A stretch of DNA of 63,091 nt, counting the filler, from Pelomyxa schiedti (Eukaryota; Protista; Evosea): NCBI GenBank assembly GCA_020536535.1. It is 8 parts of 8 records of this genome, joined end to end, with 100 filler letters (N's around TTAATTAATTAA, not from the genome) between each part and the next. Parts side by side here need not be neighbours in the genome. Positions count along the whole stretch, not along the records: positions 15,231 to 32,774 come from JAHLWZ010000665.1; positions 32,875 to 55,944 come from JAHLWZ010001062.1; 6 more parts are not named here. One strand, written 5' to 3'. This document shows positions 26,030-36,702 of the stretch, one piece after another (the stretch's first letter is position 1; the number at the start of each line of letters is the position of its first letter). The translations under genes and the position numbers were made by a program. The notes below the pieces were generated by a model. It had not been told where the DNA came from, did not search any database, and saw only the letters and a list, made by a program, of their open reading frames with translations.

Positions 26030-26837
26030 ATGGCAGCAACCACATCGTGCAGTAGCAACAATATTGGATGTGGCGCAAGTATGAGCGTTGGTGAGCTTAT
26101 TGCGTCCATAATGCCCAACAAACCACTCGACAAGAGGGAGTCATGGGCTGAGGTTCTCAAGTCACAGGAGTACGAGACAGTTGACGACTTAGCACACGCA
26201 ACGTGCTGTTTTTTTACATCTAATAATTTCCTGAATAAAAAATCTAATTCTTATTATTATCTATATAATGTTAAAATGGATTTCACCCTTTGTTTGACGC
26301 AATGTTAGGAGTGAGGCCTGGAATGCACTTGCTCTGCCTCTTGCTGTGAAAAGCAAGTTGAAAGCGGCGTGCTGTCTAGCCCCACAGTTGTTACCGGCAA
26401 GACCAGTTGTTCTGAGCCTTGGATCAAGCCTCTGTCTCCAGTTAACAAAGAACTCGATGCGCAATTACAATCTAATAATCAACTCAAAAGGGGTGACCAC
26501 ATGGCATGGAACGAGCAGCTAATTCCTCTTGATACCCAGAACTTTGAGCTGTCTTCTGACTTCAAGTTCATCACCATCAAGTGCGGAGGCCTGTATAGGT
26601 TCGACGTGAAGGTTCTCAACAACCAGACCAATCTGTACCCTCTCTTGTCTGTAAATGGCAAGATTGCCATGCATTTCTATGGGGCATCACCAGGAGGCAT
26701 GCACAACGATGCAACACTGAACCTTATCCTGCAGGTACCGGACAGTTCCGTGGTCTGTATCTCATTCCAGAGTTCTGGCAATGGGGGTCTACAACGGGGC
26801 CAACGTACACTACTTGTGCATCCAAAAAATTATGTGA
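26030..26837 (+). CDS. SAM-like + C1q/TNF-like jelly-roll protein; probable +1 frameshift near the 3' end
   Basis: SAM-like WAEVLKSQEYETVDDLAHAT|SEAWNALALPLAVKSKLK; C1q-like AWNEQL..FKFITIKCGGLYRFDVKV..LSVNG..LNLILQVPDSSVVCI. Two in-frame introns are readable. Confidence 0.5.
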
Positions 26838-26909
26838 TGACAAGAGAAGAATCTCGGCCGGGCCCGTTCAAAAAAAAAACCTTCCAACGAAAATTTGCAC
26901 CCCATCAAG

Positions 26910-29900
26910 ATGGCAGGGGTCACTAATCCAACCAGCAGCAACAACCACGTCGCGCACCCTCCTCCTCCCGCTCCTCCTCGGTGCTGCTCGTGCCGCGACC
27001 CCCTTCGACGCCCCGCCACCACCCCGCTGGCCTGTGGCCCGGTCGTCGTCCCCTCGTGCGGGCACCCCGTGTGCCGAGCGTGCAGCGGGGCCATCGCCAC
27101 GTTCTCCCGCGACATCCCTCGCTCCGCCGCCGCCGCCCCGTCTGCGTCGCCGCCGGGGCCCCCGCCTCGCGCCCCAGTGCCAGTGGCGGTGTGGTGTGGC
27201 CTGTGCAGGCTCACCCGCGACGCCACCCTGGCATACGATGGTGGTGATGATGAGGATAGGGATGGGGATGGGGANNNNNNNNNNNNNNNNNNNNNNNNNN
27301 NNNNNNNNNNNNNNNNNNNNNNNNNNNNNNNNNNNNNNNNNNNNNNNNNNNNNNNNNNNNNNNNNNNNNNNNNNCGGGGCCCCCGCCTCGCGCCCCAGTG
27401 CCAGTGGCGGTGTGGTGTGGCCTGTGCAGGCTCACCCGCGACGCCACCCTGGCATACGATGGTGGTGATGATGAGGATAGGGATGGGGATGGGGATGGGG
27501 AGGCGGAGCAAGCAACGTGCTGCGGGGGCGGCGGGGGCACCGAGCCCAATGGGGCTGCCGATGCTGATGCTGCGGCGCCTGGTGATGGTGATGCGCCTTG
27601 GTGCAGCACGTGCCAGGCGATGGGAATGGCGGAGGTGCGGGCTGTTTATGTGTGCGTGGAGTGCACCAAGGCGTCCGGGGGGGGTGCCCCGTTAATGTTC
27701 TGTGAGTCGTGCTGGTCAAAGGCCCACTGGGCACCGTGGTTGATGTCGCACGCCAAGGCCGACGCGTCGTCTATCCCACAGGAACCATCGAAAACCCGTT
27801 GTTCCCTTCTTCCCCCTGCTCTCACTCACCCATTCTTGTTTGCTAATCAATCAAATGAATGAATACTAAAGAAAAAATAAAAATAGGACGTACCCCGCAT
27901 TCCCTTATTTGATTACCAGGAATTTGTGAGAAGCACCGGCTTCAGCTTGACTTGTTCTGTGAAACTGATGGCAAATTCATTTGCCCCACGTGCTCGTTCT
28001 TGTCCTCACACAAGGTTTTAACTTCAAAAATTATTTGGGAGTTAATATGTGCCAAAAGGGACACACCATCGTGGCTGTGGAAGAGTTATGTGACAAAAAG
28101 AAATCAAGTTGCGAGTCACTGGTCTCACAAATCTCAAAGTTGCAAACGGACTTAAAATCCTGTGCAAAATCTGTGGAATCAGTGACATCCAATGTAAAAA
28201 AGGTCTGAACATTTCCTGTTTCCCCCATCATCCCACAAACACTACAAAATATATATATTTATATAAAGAAAAAGGTTCACAGTGAGTTTGAGGAGAAGGT
28301 TTGCCGGGAATTCAATGAGATGATTTCAAGATTGCAAAGAAGGCAAGAGGAACTACTGTCACTGTCAAGGTCAATTGCATCCTCCAAGGGTAGCTCCCGG
28401 ATCTCATTTGCTTATTTTAAACCCTGTCACAGTTTCTGTGTTGTCTGTGCAACTTGAGAGCATCACAGCAGGAATCATGCACATCGAACAATTTCAATCC
28501 AAGTTCGAATCAATCTTGAGGGGTAGTGATCCTTTCAGCATCATTGAGTTTAGCGATTACATTGCGGGGTTTGCCAAGGTACTTCATTTTTTTCTCATTC
28601 CATCACACTCACACACTAACATAGCAAATTGAATGCAAACCGGAGCACCTGACACCATGTGTAACCGCAACTTTGAGTTGCTGCACTGATGACATTGAAC
28701 CCTTCAAATCAATGATTCCTGACCTGTGTTTCATCTCTTCCGGTGTGTCGTGGCTCATCTTTGTTCAGAACAGGAATGAACAACAAAAACACAGGACCAG
28801 TGCTTGAATGCATAAAGGAGGAAACAACGGCAGACGCAAGAAGAACAGGAGGACGTTCAGTTACACTGTGTGGACAGTGGACACCGCGGGCAAAGAACCG
28901 AGATATTCAAGTGCGAGTTGGTGAATCCGAGTGCACAAACGTGAACATTGTCACTCCTGGCTCTGTTCTCACTTTCACTTTGCCTGATTGTGGTGTTGGA
29001 TGTGACCTCCCTGTGACCCTCTCTGTGTTTGGGGCTCCTGCTCACCGGCCAAATGACACCAGGTTCTCATTCCCAGGTTTGTTGCATTTTTTCAAAGAAA
29101 AAAACCTCACAGCGCAATGCACACACAGGACCAGAGATTCAGAACCTCACGCAGGTTCCTCGACAAGGTGGGAGGGTAACAATCACAGGTCGTGGGTTTG
29201 GAACTTCACCCCGTGAAATAACAGTGTGTGTAGATGGTGTGATACACTCCATTTATTCATCTGATTATCTGATTCCAAAAAATACACAGGAGTCATGTGC
29301 CTCAACGTTGAAGTGACACATCCACACACTGTCATCACGTGCACAGTTCCGCCACCACAAGCCCGAGACAACCAAGCAACACTGACTCTCACAGTTGCTG
29401 GTCAACATGTTTCATCCACTCTGCTTTTTGGTGTGTTGGACGCTTCCGTTTATGGTTCACAATCAATCACACAGTAATCCTTACCAAAACAGAAATAATG
29501 TGGGAGTGGGACACAGGGTGCTGTGGGAACCTTGTGATCCCACCAGATGACAAGTCGAAGGTGTTCAAGCCAGTGTCTTGCCGACTTGAACACGTACAAT
29601 CAACAGTGACAGCCACCACACAGCTCTCTGATCCTGACCGCGTGTATGAGTGGCACCTCTCAATCTCTGACCTCAAGGATGGATACCACTGGGTTGCCTA
29701 CGGCCTCATTCAGAGGCCTTTCGACCAGAACGATGGGTCCCCATACAACCTCATGTATTGCTGGAACACAAACAGTTTCTCCTGGCGTATACCAGGCAGC
29801 ACACCCACGTTCAAAGCCAGCGGGGGCACTGAGCATGTTATGTTCAGGTATGACGCACGCACACTCACGCTCACTGCAACGTGGCCGCTACACAACAACG

Positions 29901-29989
29901 CAACCGCAACGGTGAACGACATCCCAAGGGGCTTGTATCCTGCTGTTGAAGTTTACAACCACAACACTGTAAAGATAACAAAAAATTAA
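26910..29989 (+). CDS. TRIM-like paralogue B: RING, B-box1, B-box2, coiled coil, 2x IPT/TIG, SPRY/B30.2-like
   Basis: RING CCSC..SCGHPVCRAC..CGLCR, followed by the same domain series as paralogue A. The N gap at 27275-27374 is flanked by a 121-bp overlap and is an artefact. Confidence 0.82.
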
Positions 29990-30058
29990 GAACAGATTAG
30001 ATCCAAATGTCCCCAAAACTTCAAAAGAAGAAAAGGAGGCCGAAAAAAATCGCGTCGT

Positions 30059-32414
30059 ATGAAGGGTTCGAGCAGCCGAGGTGGGTCAGGGATCGTCCTT
30101 GAGGATCTCAACAGCAGCAACAAACCATCAGGCGCCGGCGTCGCCGTGCCGACGGCCCCCGACCGCGTCGGCTTCGGCGTCGACGTGGTGGACGCGATCA
30201 TGGCGGAGCGCGAGCGCCAGGAGCGCGAGAACGCGACGACCACCGGGGGCGTCGCCATCCTAGCCGCACCATCTCCCATCGGCGACGACGCGGACGGCGC
30301 CGGGGGGAGCCCGGGCGGAGGCAGGGCGTCGTCGCTGTGCTGCGGGGGCGGGGGCGACGGGGGGGACAAGGAGGCGGGAGGGGGGGGCGAGATCGAGTCG
30401 CTGGAGGTTGCTGGGGACCCCGGGGCCCACGAGGAATCAAACTTGATTGGTTCAAAAGGTTCGGAAGCCCCGAAAAAAGGTTGTAGCCGCTCCCCCATTG
30501 TGGGTTTGGTTTGTTTTTTTTTCTTTTTTCTTTTTTTTTAGTTTTCCCTTCTTTTTGTTTTTTTGTTTATGAAAAAGAACTGTACTTACATAATTGTTAG
30601 CTGTGTCTAGCATTCCTGGGGGTACTGTCAACCTCTGCAAAACCATGATTGGAGCTGGTAAGCACACTCCTATTTTTTTTTTCCCTTTCCCAAAATACCC
30701 TCCTCGACAAGAAATTCAACAATCGTGAGTTCACAGGAATCCTCGGGTTGCCTTATGCCGTCAGTCATACTGGTCTTCTGATAGGCGGACTGTTTGTGCC
30801 ACTTTATTGGTGTTGTAAACTAATAGTACTCTAGATTCATCCTGCTTTTTGCAGGTGCTTCTATTTTCGGTCTGCTGTTGTTGGTTCACTGTGGAATGCT
30901 ACTGGAAAAAAGATGGAAGCTAAGAGGATTAGAAAAAAAGTTAAAAGATGGCATGTCCTTCTACAGTATCGGTCAGGAGGTTCCCTTCTTTTTTCTCTAT
31001 TGTTCAAGTTGCTAATTGGAAAAATTTTCTCTATTTCTTTTTTCTCTATTGTTCAGGTTGCCCCTAAAACTGCTATACTTATTGATATTGCACTCGCAAT
31101 TAAATGTTTTGGTGTAACATGCTCATACTTACTTATTCTTGGTCTGTCTATTGTGTGAGGAAAAGAGCTAACAGAAGTTTAGGTCAACTACTGCCAGATA
31201 TTATGAAAATGTTTATTCTTGACGGTCCAACACTTTTATACAGTCGCTACCTTTGGATAAGTTCTGCAATGCTTATCCTGGCACCTCTCAGTTTCCTAAG
31301 GAAATTGGATAATCTTAAGTTCACTAGGTACACTTGTCCATTTTCCCTTCGTATTTAATCCAGACAGTACACTTGGCCTGATTTCAATATGTTATGTAGT
31401 CTGCTTGATCATTGGATATTACATCAAAGGTGATGGTGTTGTTGACTTCTCAGAGGTTTTTATCTGTCTTCCCCTTTTTTTCCCTGCCGTTTTAAGGGTT
31501 GATAGGTCAAGCTGGTAAATTTTTCTATAAAAACTCCTGATGCTATCCCGATTTTTGTGTTTGCTTATACCTGTCATCAGAATGTATTTCCGTATTTTTT
31601 TTTCCCCGCCAGGTTAAATGGCAACTTCAGATTTTCACGATCTATAATGAACTGGGACCAAACAATCTTCGAAAGAGAAGTTCAATTGTGATTCTTACTT
31701 CCGTTCCCCTTGTTTGTGTCGTCTATTTAACTGAATCGCTCATTGGTTATCTTACATTCGGGCCAAACGTAGATTCCAATATAATAAACAATTGTAAGGC
31801 ATTGTGTCATTACCAGCGTTCTCTGATCTTTTCTCAGATCCCACTGGGAACATACCGGCAATGATTGCACGGTGCTGTACTAGTTTGATCGTATCGTGTT
31901 CGTACCCTCTTCTGTTTCATCCGGCAAGGTGGGATGTCTTCCTGTCTGTATCCATGTTTGACATTGTTCAGAGCCTATTTGGATAGCGCAGTTTTCTCCA
32001 AGTGGAAACCCAGGTGGCTTCCACCTTTTGAAAGATATATCGTCGAAACCGTAAGCACATACTCTCTTAGCAACCAGTTCTCACTGTAGCTTAGTTGGTT
32101 CTTCTCGCGTGTGGCTACACCTTAGCTATGCTCGTAGAAGATCTTGACCTCGTATTCGGCGTTATTGGGGCCACGGGCTCCACACTACTTTGCTACATTC
32201 TACCAGGTAACCATTTCCCTTCCCCCGCATTCAATTCACTGCACTCCATTCTTGCACATTCACCATATGAATAGGTGCGTACTATGTATTGCTAACCAAG
32301 GGGCACCCTTGGAACCTCATCCGCATTTGTGCGTTGGTGATGTCATTAACTGGCGTTGTATTGATGGTCGTATGTCTCACTTTCATCTTCCTCAATGAAT
32401 TTGTGTGGTCTTGA
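30059..32414 (+). CDS. Amino acid/auxin permease family transporter (SLC38/Avt5-7-like); multi-exon
   Basis: NLCKTMIGAG-ILGLPYA, IKCFGVTCSYL, PLSFLRKLDNLKFTS, IPIFVFAYTCHQN, SYPLLFHPAR and GATGST. Confidence 0.9.
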
Positions 32415-32463
32415 CCAATAAAAAATTCCCCCAGAGAACATTGTTGTGGAAAAAAAAAAGGAT

Positions 32464-32536
32464 TGGTTTCGCTGGGTGTCGATCCCAGGACCTCAAGTGT
32501 GTAAAACTTACGTGCTACCAGTTGCACTACGAAACC
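32464..32536 (-). tRNA. tRNA-Val(UAC)
   Basis: The reverse complement folds as a cloverleaf: acceptor GGTTTCG/CGAAACC, anticodon arm TAAGT-TTTACAC-ACTTG, T arm CTGGG-ATCGACA-CCCAG. An oligo-T terminator follows. Confidence 0.9.
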
Positions 32537-32660
32537 AAACGAAGAGAATATCTATTCTCTACGTCGTAAAGAAAGGCAAAAAAAATCTTGGTGCACACTC
32601 CCATAACTAGGAGTAGTTTTGGTATTCATTATTTGCGCCGGGGAGGAGAAGACAGACTTC

Positions 32661-32774
32661 ATACCTTCTCGGCCTTTTGGCTAAGATCAAGTGTAGTATC
32701 TGTTCTTTTCAGCTTAATATCTGAAAGCTGCCCATTGGGTAGCATCGATATTAAACTTATTTTTCGTGGGGTCG
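32661..32774 (+). ncRNA. U2: U2 spliceosomal snRNA (3' end truncated by the contig end)
   Basis: ATACCTTCTCGGCCTTTTGGCTAAGATCAAGTGTAGTATCTGTTCT includes the branch-point recognition sequence GTAGTA. Stem IIa TTCAG..CTGAA and an Sm-like site TATTTTT follow. Confidence 0.95.
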
Positions 32775-32902
32775 NNNNNNNNNNNNNNNNNNNNNNNNNN
32801 NNNNNNNNNNNNNNNNNNTTAATTAATTAANNNNNNNNNNNNNNNNNNNNNNNNNNNNNNNNNNNNNNNNNNNNCTGAGTCAGACAGAGCCTGGTAGTAG
32901 AT

Positions 32903-32990
32903 CTCCCAAATCACTCCCAAAATTCTCCCAAACCCTCCCATCGGGGAACTCTCCCAAAACACTCCCCGGGGGCATTTCCCAAATGGGAGA
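32903..32990. repeat. Cluster of CTCCCAAA-type short repeats at a contig start
   Basis: About 5 copies of (C/T)TCCCAAA plus inverted TGGGAGA. Confidence 0.5.
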
Positions 32991-33204
32991 AAACATCTAC
33001 AGTTGTAGTAGACACCTTTTTAGGTTTGGGGGCAACTCTTTTTTATTTTTTTTAAAACAACAATTGATACACTTTTCGGAGGAGGCTGTTGAGTTTTGAG
33101 GTCGCGTTTAAAAGTACAATTCCTTGTCTGTCTGCTTGTCTGAAGGGAAGGTTGTGGGTGTGTGGTTTCCCTTTTTGATGTCAGAGAGAGTTTTACTTAC
33201 TCAA

Positions 33205-36174
33205 TCAATCAGCCTTCACACCAACAACTTCACTGGGCACCCCACAGCCTAGCACTCCCCCTTGTCCAAGCGGTGGTAGTCCCAACTGCGAGCACCCCCC
33301 AGAGCCATCAAGTAAGTTGATGGTGAGTGGAGGTGGAATCTCCACTGTACCCTCTCTGGGGATCACTGGGTCCGGTTGTGCCTGAAGAAGCTTTACTTGA
33401 CTCAGTGTGTCCGCGGAAGAGGCAGGGGTGACCGGTACTTCTTGCTTTAGTGCCGGCGGTTGTGGTGGGGGTATGTGCTCTTCGCACTTCACCACTGTCA
33501 CCGCAGTGAGCCCAGTTGTACACCCGCTTGGGTCAACTTCCACAGCCCCTGGAGCAATGACCCCACTGAGGTAGGAACTATCCCCAAGATCCGTTGCAAG
33601 TTCACCTGGCACTTGGCCGGAGATATCACAGCTTAGCTCAGCACTTGTATCGCCGTCTGTGCAGGTACCAATGCCCTGGCAACTACTGGCCACACAATTC
33701 TCCACGCACGCAGCTTGGCCCATCTGGTCCTGTGTCTGTTGCATCGGATAAAGTTGCATCTGCTCTTGCTGTTGCTGTAGTATCGCCTGAACTTGTAGCT
33801 GCTGGAAATGTAAAGCAGCAGTCGGATCAGTGAGGGCCTGCTGTTGTAGTTGTTGTAACTGCATCTGCAATTGCATTTGCATTTGTAACTGCCATTGCAT
33901 CTGCATTTGCAACTGCAGTTTTTGCTGCTCTAGCATTTGTTGCTGGGGTGCCAGTTGCTGAGGTTGCATAGCAACAAGGTTTTGAGCGTGCTGGACCACA
34001 CCAATGGCACCCACAGCAGCTACAGTTGCTGCAGCAGCTGAGGCAGCCGCCTGCTGCCAAACGGTCAGTTGTGATTGGAGAAATGTAGGAGTGTTTACTT
34101 GGGCACCAGAAATGCTAGGCACAACCATAACTGGCGGAATTTTAACGGGGTTTGCGTACATGTTATTCTGTAGGTACGTTAAGATACATTCCCGAAAAAG
34201 AAAACACATACGAAATACTGGTACAAGGAGCCAATTTGTGGCATCGTGTGCGCTTTGAAGGCGGTCAAAGAGCCGACTCCCGGGTACGCAATAGACTCCA
34301 CGGGTGATGAGGAGGCAGAGAAGGTGGGAGAAGTGTCGGGTAGTGCCTGGTGGCGGTGATGGTGATGGGTGTGATGCTTTTGTTGCTGCTTGTGCTGCAG
34401 CTTATGCTGAACTTGAAATGAGTCCGTGGATGACTGCGACAACTCTTGGGATTGAATTTGTAACTGTGCCTCTTGTGGTGACAAGTACTGAGAGGAAAGG
34501 GCATCCGAATACTGGTCTTTTCCAACTGGGACAAGGGGAGTCTGAGCGTGCTGGGATTCTGTTTGGGGGGCCGTCTGCAGTGGCTGAAGTACAGGCGATG
34601 GCAACTCGGGCGAGCTTAGTTGTGGCTGCGACGGAGTTGGTACTGGTAGTTCTGAGGATGACCCAGGCACTTCCGTTGGAGAAGACGGACTAAAAGACTG
34701 TGTAGGAGGTGGCATTTGAAATGCCATTTGCGAGGGCGATAGTGGAGAGGATTGCTGTAGCTGCGGTGATTGCGGAGCCTGTTGTATAACACCAGAGTCA
34801 GAGGAAAGAGCAGTGCTAACTGCAGTCGAGAAAGGAGCAGGCAAGCACGGGCCTGCCGGCATAAGTACAGGCAATGGGGTGGATATCACGGGTTGAGCTT
34901 GTGGGGACGATGAAACCCGATATGGAGGAACCTGACTCTAGAAGCGAGATGAGAGGTTGATAGAATTGCCAACGGCATACAATTCTCTCGATTTTCGCTG
35001 GGGTAGCGGAGATGAATTTGCGTTCCGCGGGACGTTTGTGGGCAACGAGGCTCTTGTTGTGCACTACACTTTATCAGCAATCATCAATTAATATGGGAAA
35101 AAATACCCAAGACCTCAGGATTCTGCATTATGTGTTCCCGTTTATTTGCTAATACGGCTAGCTCATGTAAGATACTGATAGTGTCTGCTGGATTTTTCTC
35201 TAACTGTAGCTGAAGGGAAGCTATCATAGCATCGAGGGATTTTATCTGTGTTGTGGTCAAATATTGAAGGAGAAAAAGTCAAAAGTACTTTTCTGTAAGG
35301 CCACCTTGGAATACCATTTCTTCTGCACACCTTTTTAAGCATTGTAGTGCAAACACCTGTTGGACTTGAGAGGAAATAAACAAAGAACAATAATACCAAG
35401 TTGCTTAGCAGCATCTGTAATTGGCATGTGAAAATACGTTGAAAGCTGTTGCTTGTTCAGGACAGGATGTTTTGGAGGTGACGCCATCTGCTGTTGCGAT
35501 TGTCGCTGTTTTTTATGTAAGTGGCTCTCCGTCGACTGTTCGCTATTATCCTCCTCTTCTAATTTCACCTCCAGTTTCACTGGCTGAGTTCCACAATGAG
35601 ACTCAGGGGACTGCTGAGCAGCCTGTTGTACCTGTTGCAACTGGTACTGTTGAAACTGAAATTGACGTTGAATTTGAAAGAGCTGCTCCTGAGTGAGGGC
35701 TTGAGACGAGTTCAGTTGAAGCTGATGCAGTTGCTGTACCTGCAACTGTTGCCTTTGCAATGCCTGGAATTGCTGATACAATTCCGGAGTTTGTTGAGTT
35801 CCGAATGTCTGCAAATTTGCACCGTGCAGGAGTACGTCCGGGGACTGGAGTTGCATTTGCAATTGGAGCTGTTGTTGGCCGATAACATCGTCTGGAGAAA
35901 AATTCGACATGCAAGGAGTGTCACCAAAGAGTGAATCGGGAGATTGATCAAGACTCTGCTCGTTCAGAATGCTCTCAGGGTTAGTCAGATGGAAATTCTG
36001 TATGTCTAGGTCATCCGACGTCGACAGAGCCTCGTCGACCTGGAGCAAAGCCATCCGCGGAGAAAGGTCTGGCAAAGAGACGTGGCACTGGGCATATCCT
36101 TCCTGCTCCAATTGCTCCTGTGAGTCGTCTGTAGAGTCGCCAAAATGGGAAACATCTCCACTCGTGTCCAGTGA
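33205..36174 (-). CDS. RWP-RK domain transcription factor with Gln-rich regions; first exon not located
   Basis: LSTYFHMPITDAAKQLG|VCTTMLKKVCRRNGIPRWPYRK (about 35295-35460), flanked by polyQ and Pro/Ser-rich exons. Confidence 0.88.
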
Positions 36175-36702
36175 CTACGCGAATACGATGAATACACATA
36201 AATGAGTGGGGGAAAAAAGACGCTACGTGATCGTTCGCAGCCACGCATGCAGTGCACGTATTAAAGGAATTAATTACAATTATGCTTTATTGTACCTCGT
36301 CAATTGGGTCTCTTTGTGCGGATACACCGTTTCCCTGCATTTTGTTTGCAAATTTAATTTGCTTTTCTGCCGTAGACAGGCCGCAAAAAATAAAGGAATA
36401 AACAAGATCTGAACACTTCTGTTGTTTGTTTCTTTATTCAGTCTTTTTCCGTCCCCTTTTCGCCTTTTACCAGTTAATGTAATCAACAATATTCGGGGGT
36501 CTATTTCTAGGGGCGTTTTAGGTTTCCGTATCGAGGAAGAAATATGTAACAAACAGACAAAATGAACAATTTTAGTGCGACGTGATAACCACAAGCAAGG
36601 TCATTTCTCTGTATGGCATGGAAGTGTCTCTTCAACCGACACGTCCGCTGAAACGGCGGTTTTCATTTCGTGCAAAAAAACCTCCCCCTCAGTCCGTGTT
36701 TG

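Noticed and set aside
27154-27495. Internal repeat in the TRIM-B RING region
   Set aside because: A 121-bp exact overlap across an N gap at a GATGGG microsatellite, so an assembly artefact.
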